A stretch of DNA of 63,813 nucleotides, filler included, from Octopus bimaculoides (Eukaryota), in the NCBI RefSeq assembly GCF_001194135.2. It is 6 parts of 5 records of this genome, joined end to end, with 100 filler letters (N's around TTAATTAATTAA, not from the genome) between each part and the next. Parts side by side here need not be neighbours in the genome. Positions count along the whole stretch, not along the records: positions 13,166 to 32,456 come from NC_068985.1; 5 more parts are not named here. One strand, 5' to 3'. The position numbers were made by a program, and so were the translations under genes. The notes below the pieces were generated by a model that saw only the letters and a list, made by a program, of their open reading frames with translations, did not search any database and was not told the origin of the DNA. Shown in pieces: positions 13,328 through 25,689 of the stretch. Each line of letters opens with the position of its first letter. The first letter of the stretch is position 1.

Positions 13328-13928
13328 AAAGACAGAATTTAATCAAATTAAAACAGATGGACACATTAGTATAATAGTAGCTTAAATCTCCAGGAAGGTA
13401 AAGAGATAGACAAAGAACATGCTGCTTTCACTTCAGCTTAGAAGCTACTAATGTATCAAGAAGAAAGACTTGTTACAGATTTTGCTTGTCACTGTTTTAT
13501 GGGGTCAGTTTTAATTTATAGACTAGTTTTATCAAATCTTTGTATATCTAAGGCCAAGTGAAGAAGGAGCAATGTCTGTTAGAAATGGGGCTGAGGGAGT
13601 CGACAGAAATCATAGTGGGTATAGTCATAAAAAAACTATCAAGATTTATTAGAAGCAATATCATGAGGAAAACTTAAATCAAGATGTTACCTGACAATTA
13701 AGGGGGCCAGCCATTATCAGTCCATTGATAATGAAACGAGGAAATCTGATCATGTTGTACTATAGTTAAATATTTTAAACAATATTGCCAATATTGTATA
13801 AAGTTAAGGTTTAAGGTTATTCAGAAGATTATTAAGAAGAATATTATAACAAAAGGATAAAAGGTTTTTTTTTAATGCATTTGAATATATACCAAACTTT
13901 TACCACAATTCATTTATTCTTCCATTCC

Positions 13929-14136
13929 TTTATTTGTTTCAGTTATTTGACTGTGGCCATGCTGGAGCACCACCTTTAGTTGAGCAAATCAACCCCAGGA
14001 CTTATTCTTTGTAAGCTTAGTACTTATTCTATTGGTCTCTTTTGCAGAACCGCTAAGTTACGAGGACGTGAACACACCAGCATCGGTTGTCAAGCAATGC
14101 TGGAGGAACAAACACAGACACACAAACATATACATG

Positions 14137-14188
<52 letters not shown>

Positions 14189-14352
14189 CGATGGGCTTCT
14201 TTCAGTTTCCGTCTACCAAATCCACTCACAAGGCTTTGGTCAGCCTGAGGCTATAGTAGAAGACACTTGCCCAAGGTGCCATGCAGTGGGACTGAACCCT
14301 GAACCATGTGGTTGGTAAGCAAGCTACTTACCACACAACTATTTCTGCACCT
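13929..14352 (-). mobile_element. tRNA-derived SINE family A, near full length with internal CA/TA microsatellite
   Basis: Minus strand head ...GTGTGGTAAGTAGC...GGGTTCAGTCCC (A/B-box-like); body TTGGGCAAGTGTCTTCTACTATAGC; tail GAAACAAATAAAGG. Confidence 0.85.
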
Positions 14353-15349
14353 ATATAATANNNNNNNNNNNNNNNNNNNNNNNNNNNNNNNNNNNNNNNN
14401 NNNNNNNNNNNNNNNNNNNNNNNNNNNNNNNNNNNNNNNNNNNNNNNNNNNNNNNNNNNNNNNNNNNNNNNNNNNNNNNNNNNNNNNNNNNNNNNNNNNN
14501 NNNNNNNNNNNNNNNNNNNNNNNNNNNNNNNNNNNNNNNNNNNNNNNNNNNNNNNNNNNNNNNNNNNNNNNNNNNNNNNNNNNNNNNNNNNNNNNNNNNN
14601 NNNNNNNNNNNNNNNNNNNNNNNNNNNNNNNNNNNNNNNNNNNNNNNNNNNNNNNNNNNNNNNNNNNNNNNNNNNNNNNNNNNNNNNNNNNNNNNNNNNN
14701 NNNNNNNNNNNNNNNNNNNNNNNNNNNNNNNNNNNNNNNNNNNNNNNNNNNNNNNNNNNNNNNNNNNNNNNNNNNNNNNNNNNNNNNNNNNNNNNNNNNN
14801 NNNNNNNNNNNNNNNNNNNNNNNNNNNNNNNNNNNNNNNNNNNNNNNNNNNNNNNNNNNNNNNNNNNNNNNNNNNNNNNNNNNNNNNNNNNNNNNNNNNN
14901 NNNNNNNNNNNNNNNNNNNNNNNNNNNNNNNNNNNNNNNNNNNNNNNNNNNNNNNNNNNNNNNNNNNNNNNNNNNNNNNNNNNNNNNNNNNNNNNNNNNN
15001 NNNNNNNNNNNNNNNNNNNNNNNNNNNNNNNNNNNNNNNNNNNNNNNNNNNNNNNNNNNNNNNNNNNNNNNNNNNNNNNNNNNNNNNNNNNNNNNNNNNN
15101 NNNNNNNNNNNNNNNNNNNNNNNNNNNNNNNNNNNNNNNNNNNNNNNNNNNNNNNNNNNNNNNNNNNNNNNNNNNNNNNNNNNNNNNNNNNNNNNNNNNN
15201 NNNNNNNNNNNNNNNNNNNNNNNNNNNNNNNNNNNNNNNNNNNNNNNNNNNNNNNNNNNNNNNNNNNNNNNNNNNNNNNNNNNNNNNNNNNNNNNNNNNN
15301 NNNNNNNNNNNNCTTCAAATACGGATACAAACTTCTGAATACAGATATA

Positions 15350-15418
<69 letters not shown>

Positions 15419-15543
15419 ATGTGTATGCGTGTGTGTGTGTGTATGTCTGTGTGTGTGTATGTGCATGTGTGTGTGTATGTGTGTCTGTATATGTATGAAT
15501 GTGTCTGTATATACATATATGTGTGTCTGTGTATGTGTATACA

Positions 15544-15785
15544 CTTTATTATTATTAAAGCAGCAAAAACATCACAAAATGTTGTTACTCAGAGTTTCAT
15601 GTTCCTGTTCATCAGACAGTTTAGATTGGTGAATGGGAACGTTAAACTCTAGCAGTTTTTTGTGATATTTTTGTGATGTCTTTGAAGCTTTAATAATAAT
15701 AAAGCATATTACTCTACCTCCGGTATTCAAGTACTGTTTTTACCCTCCCCTGTTTCACATTTATGTGCTTACTTCGGTATATGCC
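15544..15785. mobile_element. Penelope-like pseudo-LTR remnant with inverted partial copy
   Basis: 15544-15617 is the inverted copy of ~15624-15704; tail 15705-15780 matches the reverse complement of 28271-28341; flanked by TA/TG repeats. Confidence 0.55.
15581..15620 (-). ncRNA. Minimal hammerhead ribozyme motif in PLE-type pseudo-LTR
   Basis: ACTGT-CTGATGAA-caggaacat-GAAAC-TCTGA-GTA-ACAAC; helix III palindrome ACTC-T-GAGT; helix I only 3 bp and helix II weak in this copy. Confidence 0.55.
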
Positions 15786-15816
<31 letters not shown>

Positions 15817-16120
15817 CTGCATGTATATCTTTATCTATATACATATATATAAATATGTCTGTATATATATACATATATATATGTCTGTATGTGCATGGAT
15901 ATATATATATATATATAAATAGAATATGAGTATATGCATATATATGTACATGTATGTACATACCTTCATCTACATGTATATATAGATGCATATCTGGGTA
16001 CATGACGTTGCAAAAAAACATGGACAAAATGATAAACAAGGTGCAAATAACACACAGGCAACATAGAGAACATTTCCTTCATCAGCTGCCACCATTATAA
16101 CACTGGCGTTTCGAAGAGCT

Positions 16121-16422
16121 ATACAAGCATTCGAGCGAAGTTATTGCCAGTGCCACTGGACTGGCTCCTGTGCAGGTGGCTCATAAAAAACACCACTTGA
16201 ACATGGCCGTTGCCAGTACCACCTGGCTGGCCCTCGTGCCGGTAGCACGTAGAAGCACCCACTACACTCTTGGAGTGGTTGGTGTTAGGAAGGGCATCCA
16301 GCTGTAGAAACTCTGCCAGATCAGATTGGAGCCTGGTGCAGCCATCTGGTTCACCAGTCCACAGTCATATCATCCAACCCATGCTAGCATGGAAAGCGGA
16401 CGCTAAACGATGATGATGATGA
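16121..16422 (+). mobile_element. Non-autonomous element with ~62-bp units and RTE 3' tail (family R)
   Basis: 3' ~180 bp match the reverse complement of the LINE tail at 30322-30510; ends AAACGATGATGAT. Confidence 0.8.
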
Positions 16423-16681
16423 TATATATATATGTATATATGCATACATACATACATATAGATATATATGTATACATACATACACATATATATATATGTC
16501 TATATGTATGTGTGTATGCATGTTTTTCTATGAGTGAAGAGAGTTCCTGATGTTTGTAAATATCTGGTTGAAGAAGTGTATGCGTTTACGTGGGTGTATG
16601 CACCTACACTTATGCTCTATGTAAACATGTCTCTTTTGTACTTAAGTGCATGTGTGCATGCATGTATGCATGTATGCGTGC

Positions 16682-16725
<44 letters not shown>

Positions 16726-17335
16726 GTGTAGATGTGTCTTTATAGAATTCACACAACTAAGTATGTGCATATTTTCATGTAAAAATCTGAGATGGAGAAT
16801 CTTTTGAATGTCTTAGAAATATACACTGTTGCCACTAATAGATTAGATTTGGAGGATGCTCATCAGTTTCCTTTGCTCTTTCTTAGAAAATCCTGTGAAC
16901 AAATAAACACACTTGCAAAAGAGTTTAAATTTACATCCACTCCACAAAATTCAAACTTCAATGAAATCAAAAATGATATTTCAGACTTTTGTTGAAAATT
17001 ATGACCATGAGAGGAATTATTTGAAAATGACAATAATGGTAAATCTATTGACAGAAACAAAAGTCAATATTATGCATCAAAAGGTAGGAATAAAGAAATT
17101 GGTTATTTTTGAGATCATATAGCTTATTTTTTTATACAAGTTTCTACCAAAAGATAGGGTAAATTCTAATGTCAGCACAACAGAATGGGAAGTATTAATG
17201 CATTAACAACTGATGCAAAACTGATTATGAAAGAAACCAACAAAAGAATTAATATAATTATAATGGATACAGACTACTATAAAAATATTGCACGACACTT
17301 ACTTGAAGACAACAGTTATTAAGAAAAAATTAACA

Positions 17336-17642
17336 ACTATGTGGTTAAGAGGCTTGTTTTGCAACCATATGGTTTTGAGTTCAGTTCCATTGTATGATAA
17401 TTTGGATGTGTTCGGCTGACCAATGCTATGTGAGGGAATTTAATAAACAGAAGCTGTATAGAAATCCACTGTGTGTGTGTTTGTGTGTGCGTCTTTGTAT
17501 ATGTGTGTATGCTCCTTCCCACTTCTTGACAACCAGTTTAGGCAAAAGATTTTGATAGAATAAGTACCAGACTAAATCCTTCAAGGTTGTGCCTCAGTAT
17601 GGCCACAGTACAATGATTGAAATGTGTAAAAGCTAAAGAATT
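17336..17642 (+). mobile_element. Degenerate SINE A inserted in the PLE
   Basis: Head, TG microsatellite and tail recognisable; PLE coding resumes at ~17643. Confidence 0.7.
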
Positions 17643-18353
17643 ATAACCAGCAGAAAATAATATGCAAAAGTAATGTCTTTAATTTATACCACAAAGACTT
17701 AACTTACAAAGAATGTAACAATATAACCAATTGTAAATTCAAAACAACTCATTTTTATGGATTACTGAAGATTCGTAAAAATAGGATTACAAATAATACT
17801 AGCAAAGAATTATGTTTGTTTAAATGTTCTTTATCCAGACAACTAAAAATTAAGATCAATACTGACAAATCCATCTTGTTAAAGTCATTGAGTAATTTGT
17901 TTTAGATTTATCACTAAAATCATATTTGAAACATACATAGAGCTACATTAGAGACAACTTGGAAAACATTAAATTACTTTTCACATAGATAAAATGAAGT
18001 AACCTTTGATGTAGTTAACTTATAAAGTAATATGGAATAGAAACAACACAGTTTTGGCTTTAAAAATGTCCTCATAAATTCTCAGATTGCATAAGGATTT
18101 CAATTTATTCAATAAAACAACTGTTTCGATTTTTAAACTAAAGAATATACAAAAATTTGGAATAGCAATGGGAACCAAAACATCGCCAAAGTAAGCAAAT
18201 TTAGTAATGGGATACTTTGAGATAAAAATATATGTAAAATCCAATTAATTTCACAATTACTTAGATGGAAATTAGAAGAGATATTTGGATGATTAGAAAC
18301 ATTATTATTTCTAAATCTCTCAAAGAGATATATTCAGTAACAGAACTTTAAAG

Positions 18354-18815
18354 TAAAGACTATTTGCCAACATAATGTGGAAGTCCTGGATGGGAAAAAT
18401 GTTACTGTTGTTTAGCTCCAGGAAACGTCATTTCCAGCTGGCTATACGACACAATATCTGTGTTCTTAAATTACTGTTACTGAACATCTCTCTTTGAGAG
18501 ATTTAGAAATAATAATGTTTCTATTTATTAGATCAGTAATTGTGTGTCACTTCAAAAATTATATATTTTCAAACAGGAATTCAGCAGTGCCATCTAGCTG
18601 AGCAGCTACTCTGTGCTGATAGAGGGCAATAACCCAGAAACCGGTCCACAGATGTTGCTTTGTGCTGGATGGGGTTACTGAGCTCCCCTGTTTGAAAATA
18701 TAAGGACATAGATATTGTGGCATATTGTCAGCTGGAAATGATGTTTCCTGGTGCTAAACAACAGTAACATTCATCCCATCCAGGACTGCCACATTATGTT
18801 GGCAAATAATCTTTA
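18354..18815. mobile_element. Fold-back/MITE-like insertion with long inverted repeats
   Basis: 115-bp arms 18354-18468 and 18701-18815 (about 90% by hand count), inner arms ~18562-18598 and 18664-18702. Confidence 0.7.
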
Positions 18816-19434
18816 ATTTAGATTATTCTTTTATATTATAATAATAAAGTTTTGTTAGACTTTCTGGATTTAAGATATTCATAAATAATATCATCAATAA
18901 AAAACGGTTTACTATAATGTACAGGAAGGATAAAATGCCTTTTTTTCTAGACATATTCAGAACAAAAACCATGAACAGGATCAACAGACTGAAGGCAATA
19001 TTTATTTTTCACTTCATACCATCCGAATCATGGGAATCAATATTCCATTCCAAGCTCACTAAAAGAATGTGTACATGTGTACCATCATAGGAAGTGTAAA
19101 CAACCATATGAAAGTACTAAAGGAACTAAAAGATATTTTGATTGAAAGTCATTATCTACCATCATTAGTTGACCACAGAATGGAAAGAGCAGAGGTATTT
19201 GACATCAAGGATTTAAGAATTGTAAAAAGCAAATCAGGACTAAATACGTCACTTTACATTTCAACCTCTACTGTTATTTTATGTGTTTGTGACAAATCTA
19301 GGTTGTTAATGTTCATAGCATTACTCTCCCCACCCGTTGTGTGTCTATACAAAGGTTACTTCCAGTCAATACACTACAGTATACCTTAACTAAATTCTAC
19401 CAGCTAGACATTACAATTTTCTGAATAATGCTTT

Positions 19435-19830
19435 TATTTAGTCACAAAGCAGATTTTCGTCTTCACCACAATCATTCATTGTTGGTACATAGACATGAAT
19501 GAACATCACTGAATGATCACAGGCTAGGGACATTGACTTAAACGTAAGTGTCTCATTTAAACCTGTCAGCAGTTCAATAAAATATGGAACTAATAACTGA
19601 TTTAACTGTAAAACCCACTCCAGACACTCTCCTATGATTATCATCCCATCTATGCCATAAAATAGCATAACCACCATTTATTTCAGTATATTGACTCTTG
19701 CTGGCCATTTGGTTTTCAGAGCAACAATATCCTCTCTGTGTTTAACAAATTCTATAGACAATAAATCAGCAGAAATCTCATTATCAGTCAAGGTCAGTAC
19801 CTTCAAACAGCTGACGAGAAAATTGGATGT
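19435..19830 (-). pseudogene. Degenerate RTE(BovB-like) LINE apurinic endonuclease fragment
   Basis: EFVKHREDIVALKTKWPARVNILKINGGYAILWHRWDDNHRRVSGVGFTVK and LNETLTFKSMSLAC..MFIHVYVPTM resemble N-terminal APE motifs (DIAAL.ET, GVGF.IK, YAPT). Confidence 0.55.
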
Positions 19831-20133
19831 AGACTTTTTAGCAGTTCCAGTGTATAGATAAAGTTTAAGTTATCCATAATAAAGGAAAGATATATGGCTG
19901 TCACATTACAACATTGTCTTACTTGGCCACTGGTAAAAATCACCAAAAATGATGCAATGCTAAGATAATGGGGTATTACAAATAGTAGTGAATCAAAAAT
20001 ATCTTTGTTAAGATCTACCAGATTTTTATTTGAAGTCACCTTTTTTTTATTTTGGACCATCTGTCTTTACCACAGCGAACTTGAATTAAATACTAGCAGT
20101 AGCACTCAAAAGTGACTTGACACACACACAAAG

Positions 20134-20168
<35 letters not shown>

Positions 20169-21144
20169 CGCACATGTACACACAAATACACACACACACA
20201 CAATATATATATATGTGCATATATATATATATATATATNNNNNNNNNNNNNNNNNNNNNNNNNNNNNNNNNNNNNNNNNNNNNNNNNNNNNNNNNNNNNN
20301 NNNNNNNNNNNNNNNNNNNNNNNNNNNNNNNNNNNNNNNNNNNNNNNNNNNNNNNNNNNNNNNNNNNNNNNNNNNNNNNNNNNNNNNNNNNNNNNNNNNN
20401 NNNNNNNNNNNNNNNNNNNNNNNNNNNNNNNNNNNNNNNNNNNNNNNNNNNNNNNNNNNNNNNNNNNNNNNNNNNNNNNNNNNNNNNNNNNNNNNNNNNN
20501 NNNNNNNNNNNNNNNNNNNNNNNNNNNNNNNNNNNNNNNNNNNNNNNNNNNNNNNNNNNNNNNNNNNNNNNNNNNNNNNNNNNNNNNNNNNNNNNNNNNN
20601 NNNNNNNNNNNNNNNNNNNNNNNNNNNNNNNNNNNNNNNNNNNNNNNNNNNNNNNNNNNNNNNNNNNNNNNNNNNNNNNNNNNNNNNNNNNNNNNNNNNN
20701 NNNNNNNNNNNNNNNNNNNNNNNNNNNNNNNNNNNNNNNNNNNNNNNNNNNNNNNNNNNNNNNNNNNNNNNNNNNNNNNNNNNNNNNNNNNNNNNNNNNN
20801 NNNNNNNNNNNNNNNNNNNNNNNNNNNNNNNNNNNNNNNNNNNNNNNNNNNNNNNNNNNNNNNNNNNNNNNNNNNNNNNNNNNNNNNNNNNNNNNNNNNN
20901 NNNNNNNNNNNNNNNNNNNNNNNNNNNNNNNNNNNNNNNNNNNNNNNNNNNNNNNNNNNNNNNNNNNNNNNNNNNNNNNNNNNNNNNNNNNNNNNNNNNN
21001 NNNNNNNNNNNNNNNNNNNNNNNNNNNNNNNNNNNNNNNNNNNNNNNNNNNNNNNNNNNNNNNNNNNNNNNNNNNNNNNNNNNNNNNNNNNNNNNNNNNN
21101 NNNNNNNNNNNNNNNNNNNNNNNNNNNNNNNNNNNNNNNNNNNN

Positions 21145-21408
21145 GGTGGCACATAAAAGACACCATTTCGAGCGTGGCCGTTGCCAGTATCGCCTGACTG
21201 GCCTTCGTGCAGGTGACACGTAAAAGCACCTACTACACTCTCTGAGTGGTTGGCGTTAGGAAGGGCATCCAGCTGTAGAAACTCTGCCAAATTTAGATTG
21301 GAGCCTGGTGTTGCCATCCGGCTTCACCAGTCCTCAGTCAAATCGTCCAACCCATGCTAGCATGGAAAGCGGACGTTAAACGATGATGATGATGATGATG
21401 ATGATGAT
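21145..21408 (+). mobile_element. Family R copy
   Basis: Same RTE-like tail and (GAT)n; 5' end lost in gap. Confidence 0.8.
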
Positions 21409-21415
21409 ATATATG

Positions 21416-22237
21416 CTGGCTCTTGTGCGGGTGACACATGAGGTTTTTCGAGTGAGATCGTTGCCGGTGCCCCTGAGCTGGATCTTGTGCGGGTGACACA
21501 TGAAATTTCTTCGAGCGAGATTGTTGCCTGTGCCCCTGTACTGGCTCTTGTGTGGGGTTGTCGTAGGATTTTCGAGCGAGATCATTGCCAGTGACCCTGA
21601 ACTGGCTCATGTGCGGGCGACACATGAAATCTTTCTAGCGGGATCGTTGCCAGTGCCCCTGGACTGGCTCATGTGCGGGCGACANNNNNNNNNNNNNNNN
21701 NNNNNNNNNNNNNNNNNNNNNNNNNNNNNNNNNNNNNNNNNNNNNNNNNNNNNNNNNNNNNNNNNNNNNNNNNNNNNNNNNNNNNNNNNNNNNNNNNNNN
21801 NNNNNNNNNNNNNNNNNNNNNNNNNNNNNNNNNNNNNNNNNNNNNNNNNNNNNNNNNNNNNNNNNNNNNNNNNNNNNNNNNNNNNNNNNNNNNNNNNNNN
21901 NNNNNNNNNNNNNNNNNNNNNNNNNNNNNNNNNNNNNNNNNNNNNNNNNNNNNNNNNNNNNNNNNNNNNNNNNNNNNNNNNNNNNNNNNNNNNNNNNNNN
22001 NNNNNNNNNNNNNNNNNNNNNNNNNNNNNNNNNNNNNNNNNNNNNNNNNNNNNNNNNNNNNNNNNNNNNNNNNNNNNNNNNNNNNNNNNNNNNNNNNNNN
22101 NNNNNNNNNNNNNNNNNNNNNNNNNNNAATCAGATTGGAGCCTGGTGTAGCCATCTGGTTTCACCAGTCCTCAGTCAAATCGTCCAACCCATGCTAGCAT
22201 GGAAAGCGGACGTTAAACGACGACGACGACGACGACG
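21416..22237 (+). mobile_element. Family R-like copy with VNTR of 61-63-bp units
   Basis: Units start at 21416, 21478, 21541, 21602, 21664; then a gap; RTE tail at 22130-22237 ending in (GAC)n. Confidence 0.65.
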
Positions 22238-22303
22238 ATATATATACATATACATATATATATTTGGAAAAGAATGCATGGTGTTCAATCATATAATAAT
22301 ATA

Positions 22304-22344
<41 letters not shown>

Positions 22345-23006
22345 GACAAACGTATACGGACATACTTACATGTATATGTATATACATATGCATATGTGGG
22401 AACAGGATGTCACAAAATGTAAACATCAAAAAATACAAAGTACAAGGACGTGGAATATGAACATATTTTTTGCAAACAACGAAAGAAACAAATGGAAAAC
22501 AAGACATACAACACAAAGAATGACCCTTCATTAGTTGTTGGCTGTTTTTCTAATCCATTTTTCGAGAAATTCACAACAAGATACGCTTTGATAAAACAGT
22601 TGCTCCTGCAAAGCAAATTAAATAAAATTTGGGATTTTGCAGAGGGTCAAAATTGGTGACAAAAACAGGACAGTGAAAACAAACAGGAAGGGCTGCTAAG
22701 TCTAAACGAGGTTGTGGTGGTGAATGCGAAGAAACAAGCTTGGACAGGAGACAGACAAGAATACGTCTTCCTTGTCCAGCTGCAACAGGAAGAAAGAATG
22801 AAACACAAGTTAGGAGAAGAAAGAAAACTGGCTGATGGTTACGTGGGAGCCACATGAGCAAAGGAGGAAGAGTGAGGGAGAGAGAGTGACAGACAGAGAA
22901 CTGTGAAGGGGAGAGACACACTCACATATATTTAGATATATACACACATATATTTAGATATATACACACATATATTTAGATATATGCATATACATATAAC
23001 ATGTTC

Positions 23007-23135
23007 CTTTCTGTGGAAGAGCGTAGACTCGAAACGTTAAAGACTTTTTCACTTCCCAAGTGTTAAACTAATACATATGTTTGTTTTCTACACCACCTGT
23101 CTTCGTCTTTTGTTTTTTGTGAATTCTCTCAATAT
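23007..23135 (+). ncRNA. HHR-like motif, family H1
   Basis: CTTT-CTGTGGAA-GAG(cgtaga)CTC-GAAAC-GTT-AAAG followed by the shared family tail and TA/CA repeats. Confidence 0.5.
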
Positions 23136-23139
23136 ATTT

Positions 23140-23194
<55 letters not shown>

Positions 23195-23458
23195 CACACA
23201 CACATATACATATATATATATATTTATATACAATACAGTCCATTAAATATCAAACATCATTGCATCAAGTATTTTTCCTGTTTCCTTCCCAAACAATGGC
23301 CCCTTTGAAGTGAATGGTTCTCTTGATTCTATGACAATTACTTTTGTTGAATGATTTTTAACTAAGTATAAAATTTCATTTAATGATGTTTGATCTTTAA
23401 TGGACAACGATATTGTACTATGGAGTACTCTATATTATCATTTGTGTAAACATACATT

Positions 23459-23618
23459 GGTGCCGACATGGTTATGTGGTAAGAAGTTTGTTTCCTGACC
23501 ATATAGTTCCAAGTTCAGTCCCACTGCATGGCACCTTGGACAAGTGTCTTCTACTATAGCCTCAGACCAACCAGAGCCTGGTGAGTGAATTAGGCAGACA
23601 AAAACTGAAAGAAGCTTG

Positions 23619-23660
<42 letters not shown>

Positions 23661-23952
23661 GCACATATACATATATATCATCACCATCATTGATTAATGT
23701 CCAACTTCCATGCTAGCATGAGTGGGACTCTATGTGTGTGTCTGTGTTTATGTGTGTTTGTCCTCCACCAGCACATGACAACTGGTGTTAGTATGTTTAC
23801 ATCCCCATATCTTAGTGGTTCAGCAAAATTCGATAGAAGTACTAGGCTTAAAATAAATAATTCCTGGGGTTGATTTGTTCGACGAAAGCCCTTCAAGGCG
23901 GCATCCCAGCATGGCCACAGTCAAATGACTGAAACAAGTAAAAGGTAAAAGA
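23459..23952 (+). mobile_element. SINE A with an inverted family-R tail fragment nested in its microsatellite
   Basis: Head 23459-23620; 23678-23728 matches the reverse complement of the RTE tail; body resumes at ~23730. Confidence 0.8.
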
Positions 23953-24485
23953 TATATTATGTTCTTTTTGTTTTTAATTACTTAAATTCTTCCTCTGAAG
24001 AAGGAATTGGTTTCTAACAAAGATACAATGTTACATCACTGGAAGGCAAATAACAAAAACAATGTCGTATTTTGAACTTGAGAAGAGCATTGCATATTTT
24101 ACTGTTCCACTTACATAATGTATTTGTAATGTGTGACTTAGTTGGTTGATTTCTTTTAGTGAAAACCCTTGCTTATCCAGGTTGTCACTAAGACATTTAC
24201 TCACAAAGTCAAGTACACCAATTATTATTGGTATAAATGTAAATTTATAATCCGGATATAAAAGTTGGAGGTTTCAAAGAAGTTGTCCATGGTTGTTGTC
24301 TTTGATTTTCAAAGAGATATTCACACCAGCAAGGCATACATATGTATGCATGCATGCATGCACGTATAGATGGATGGATGTACATATCAGTACATACTAA
24401 ATTTTATGAATATTTTGTTCTCTGATAATATGCATATATTTTTTAACTCTTCATACACACGCACACACTAATATGTACATGTATA

Positions 24486-24702
24486 TGGCGGTAAGCTGAT
24501 AGAGTCATTAGCATGCTGGACAAAATGCTTAGTAGCATTTCATCTGTTTTTATATTCTGAGTTCAAATTCTGCAAAGATCAACTTCGCCTTTCATCATTT
24601 TGGGGTGGATAAAATAAGTACCAGTTGAACACTGGAGGTCGATGTAATCAACTTACCCCTTCCCTTGAAATTGCTGGCTTTGTGCCAAAATTTGAAACCA
24701 AT
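24486..24702 (+). mobile_element. SINE B
   Basis: GAGTTCAAATTC B box; shared body. Confidence 0.75.
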
Positions 24703-24809
24703 ACATACCTACCTACTTACCTACCTACCCACCTACCTACCCACCTACATACATACATACATAAACCCTTAATTCTGACACATTTTTCTCTCTGTTTTTC
24801 TTCTCATCC

Positions 24810-24935
24810 CTTTCTGTTGAAGAGTGTAGGCATGAAATGTCAAAGATTTTTCCAATCTTCCAATCATCCTAATACACCTGCTTGTTGTTCCTTCACCTAC
24901 CTTTATCTTTTGTTTTCAATAAACTTGAGCTAAAT
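24810..24935 (+). repeat. HHR-like family H1, degenerate copy
   Basis: CTTTCTGTTGAAGAGTGTAGGCATGAAATGTCAAAG plus diverged shared tail ending at (TG)n. Confidence 0.5.
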
Positions 24936-25222
24936 ATGTGTGTGTGTGTGTGTGTGTGCATGTACTTATAGTGTCGTTTGGGAGGGAGTTCACCTCTCGT
25001 GTTATAACAATAACAATTTCCGTTGAGCTGGTGCCAGGCCGTAAAGTGATGTAGGGGGTGGGCATATAGGTGATTATATCAACCCCNNNNNNNNNNNNNN
25101 NNNNNNNNNNNNNNNNNNNNNNNNNNNNNNNNNNNNNNNNNNNNNNNNNNNNNNNNNNNNNNNNNNNNNNNNNNNNNNNNNNNNNNNNNNNNNNNNNNNN
25201 NNNNNNNNNNNNNNNNNNNNNN

Positions 25223-25266
<44 letters not shown>

Positions 25267-25689
25267 ATATATATATATTGCTGTACACACACACACACAC
25301 CCTATAGTTAACCATCCAGTGTGGTATTGGCAGTAATAATAGCTTTTTTGGTACCATTAACATTAACACCATCACCTCTGCTAACACCATAGTGTCCCTA
25401 CCACTATCAGTACCACTATTGACGTCATCACCACCACCACCACCACGCAAGACACGCACAAGAGCAGGGAGGAACCTCTACACAGAACCTTTGATTTTCA
25501 AAACCTACTTCAAATTGCACTGAATTGATTTGATTATAAATAAGACACATTGGAGATTATTTGTAATAGTCTGAATAAAAAGTGGGATGGTCATCTGTGG
25601 GAAGATTTTGCATCAAAGGTCTACTGGATCATTGTTGACCTAGGGTTAAATAACACCAATACAACCAGCATCAACAAGTATCCAATCTC

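Larger units (their letters stand above)
16880..19270 (+). pseudogene. Disrupted Penelope-like element reverse transcriptase
   Basis: Fragments LAKEFKFTSTP, LIMKETNKRINIIIMDTDYYK, FYGLLKIRK, VTFDVVNL, GIAMGTKTSP..ANLVMGYFE, RYLDD (ends 18293), PFFLD, LKELKDILIESHYLPSLVDHRMERA; many stops and frameshifts; SINE at 17336-17642 and fold-back at 18294-18815 inside; no GIY-YIG domain seen. Confidence 0.85.

Noticed and set aside
14251-15652. ORFs of 300-450 aa in the track (also 20.1, 21.6, 29.3 kb)
   Set aside because: Length comes from N gaps.
21416-21685. CRISPR-like ~62-bp periodicity
   Set aside because: The whole unit is repeated with drift; it is a VNTR attached to a LINE tail.
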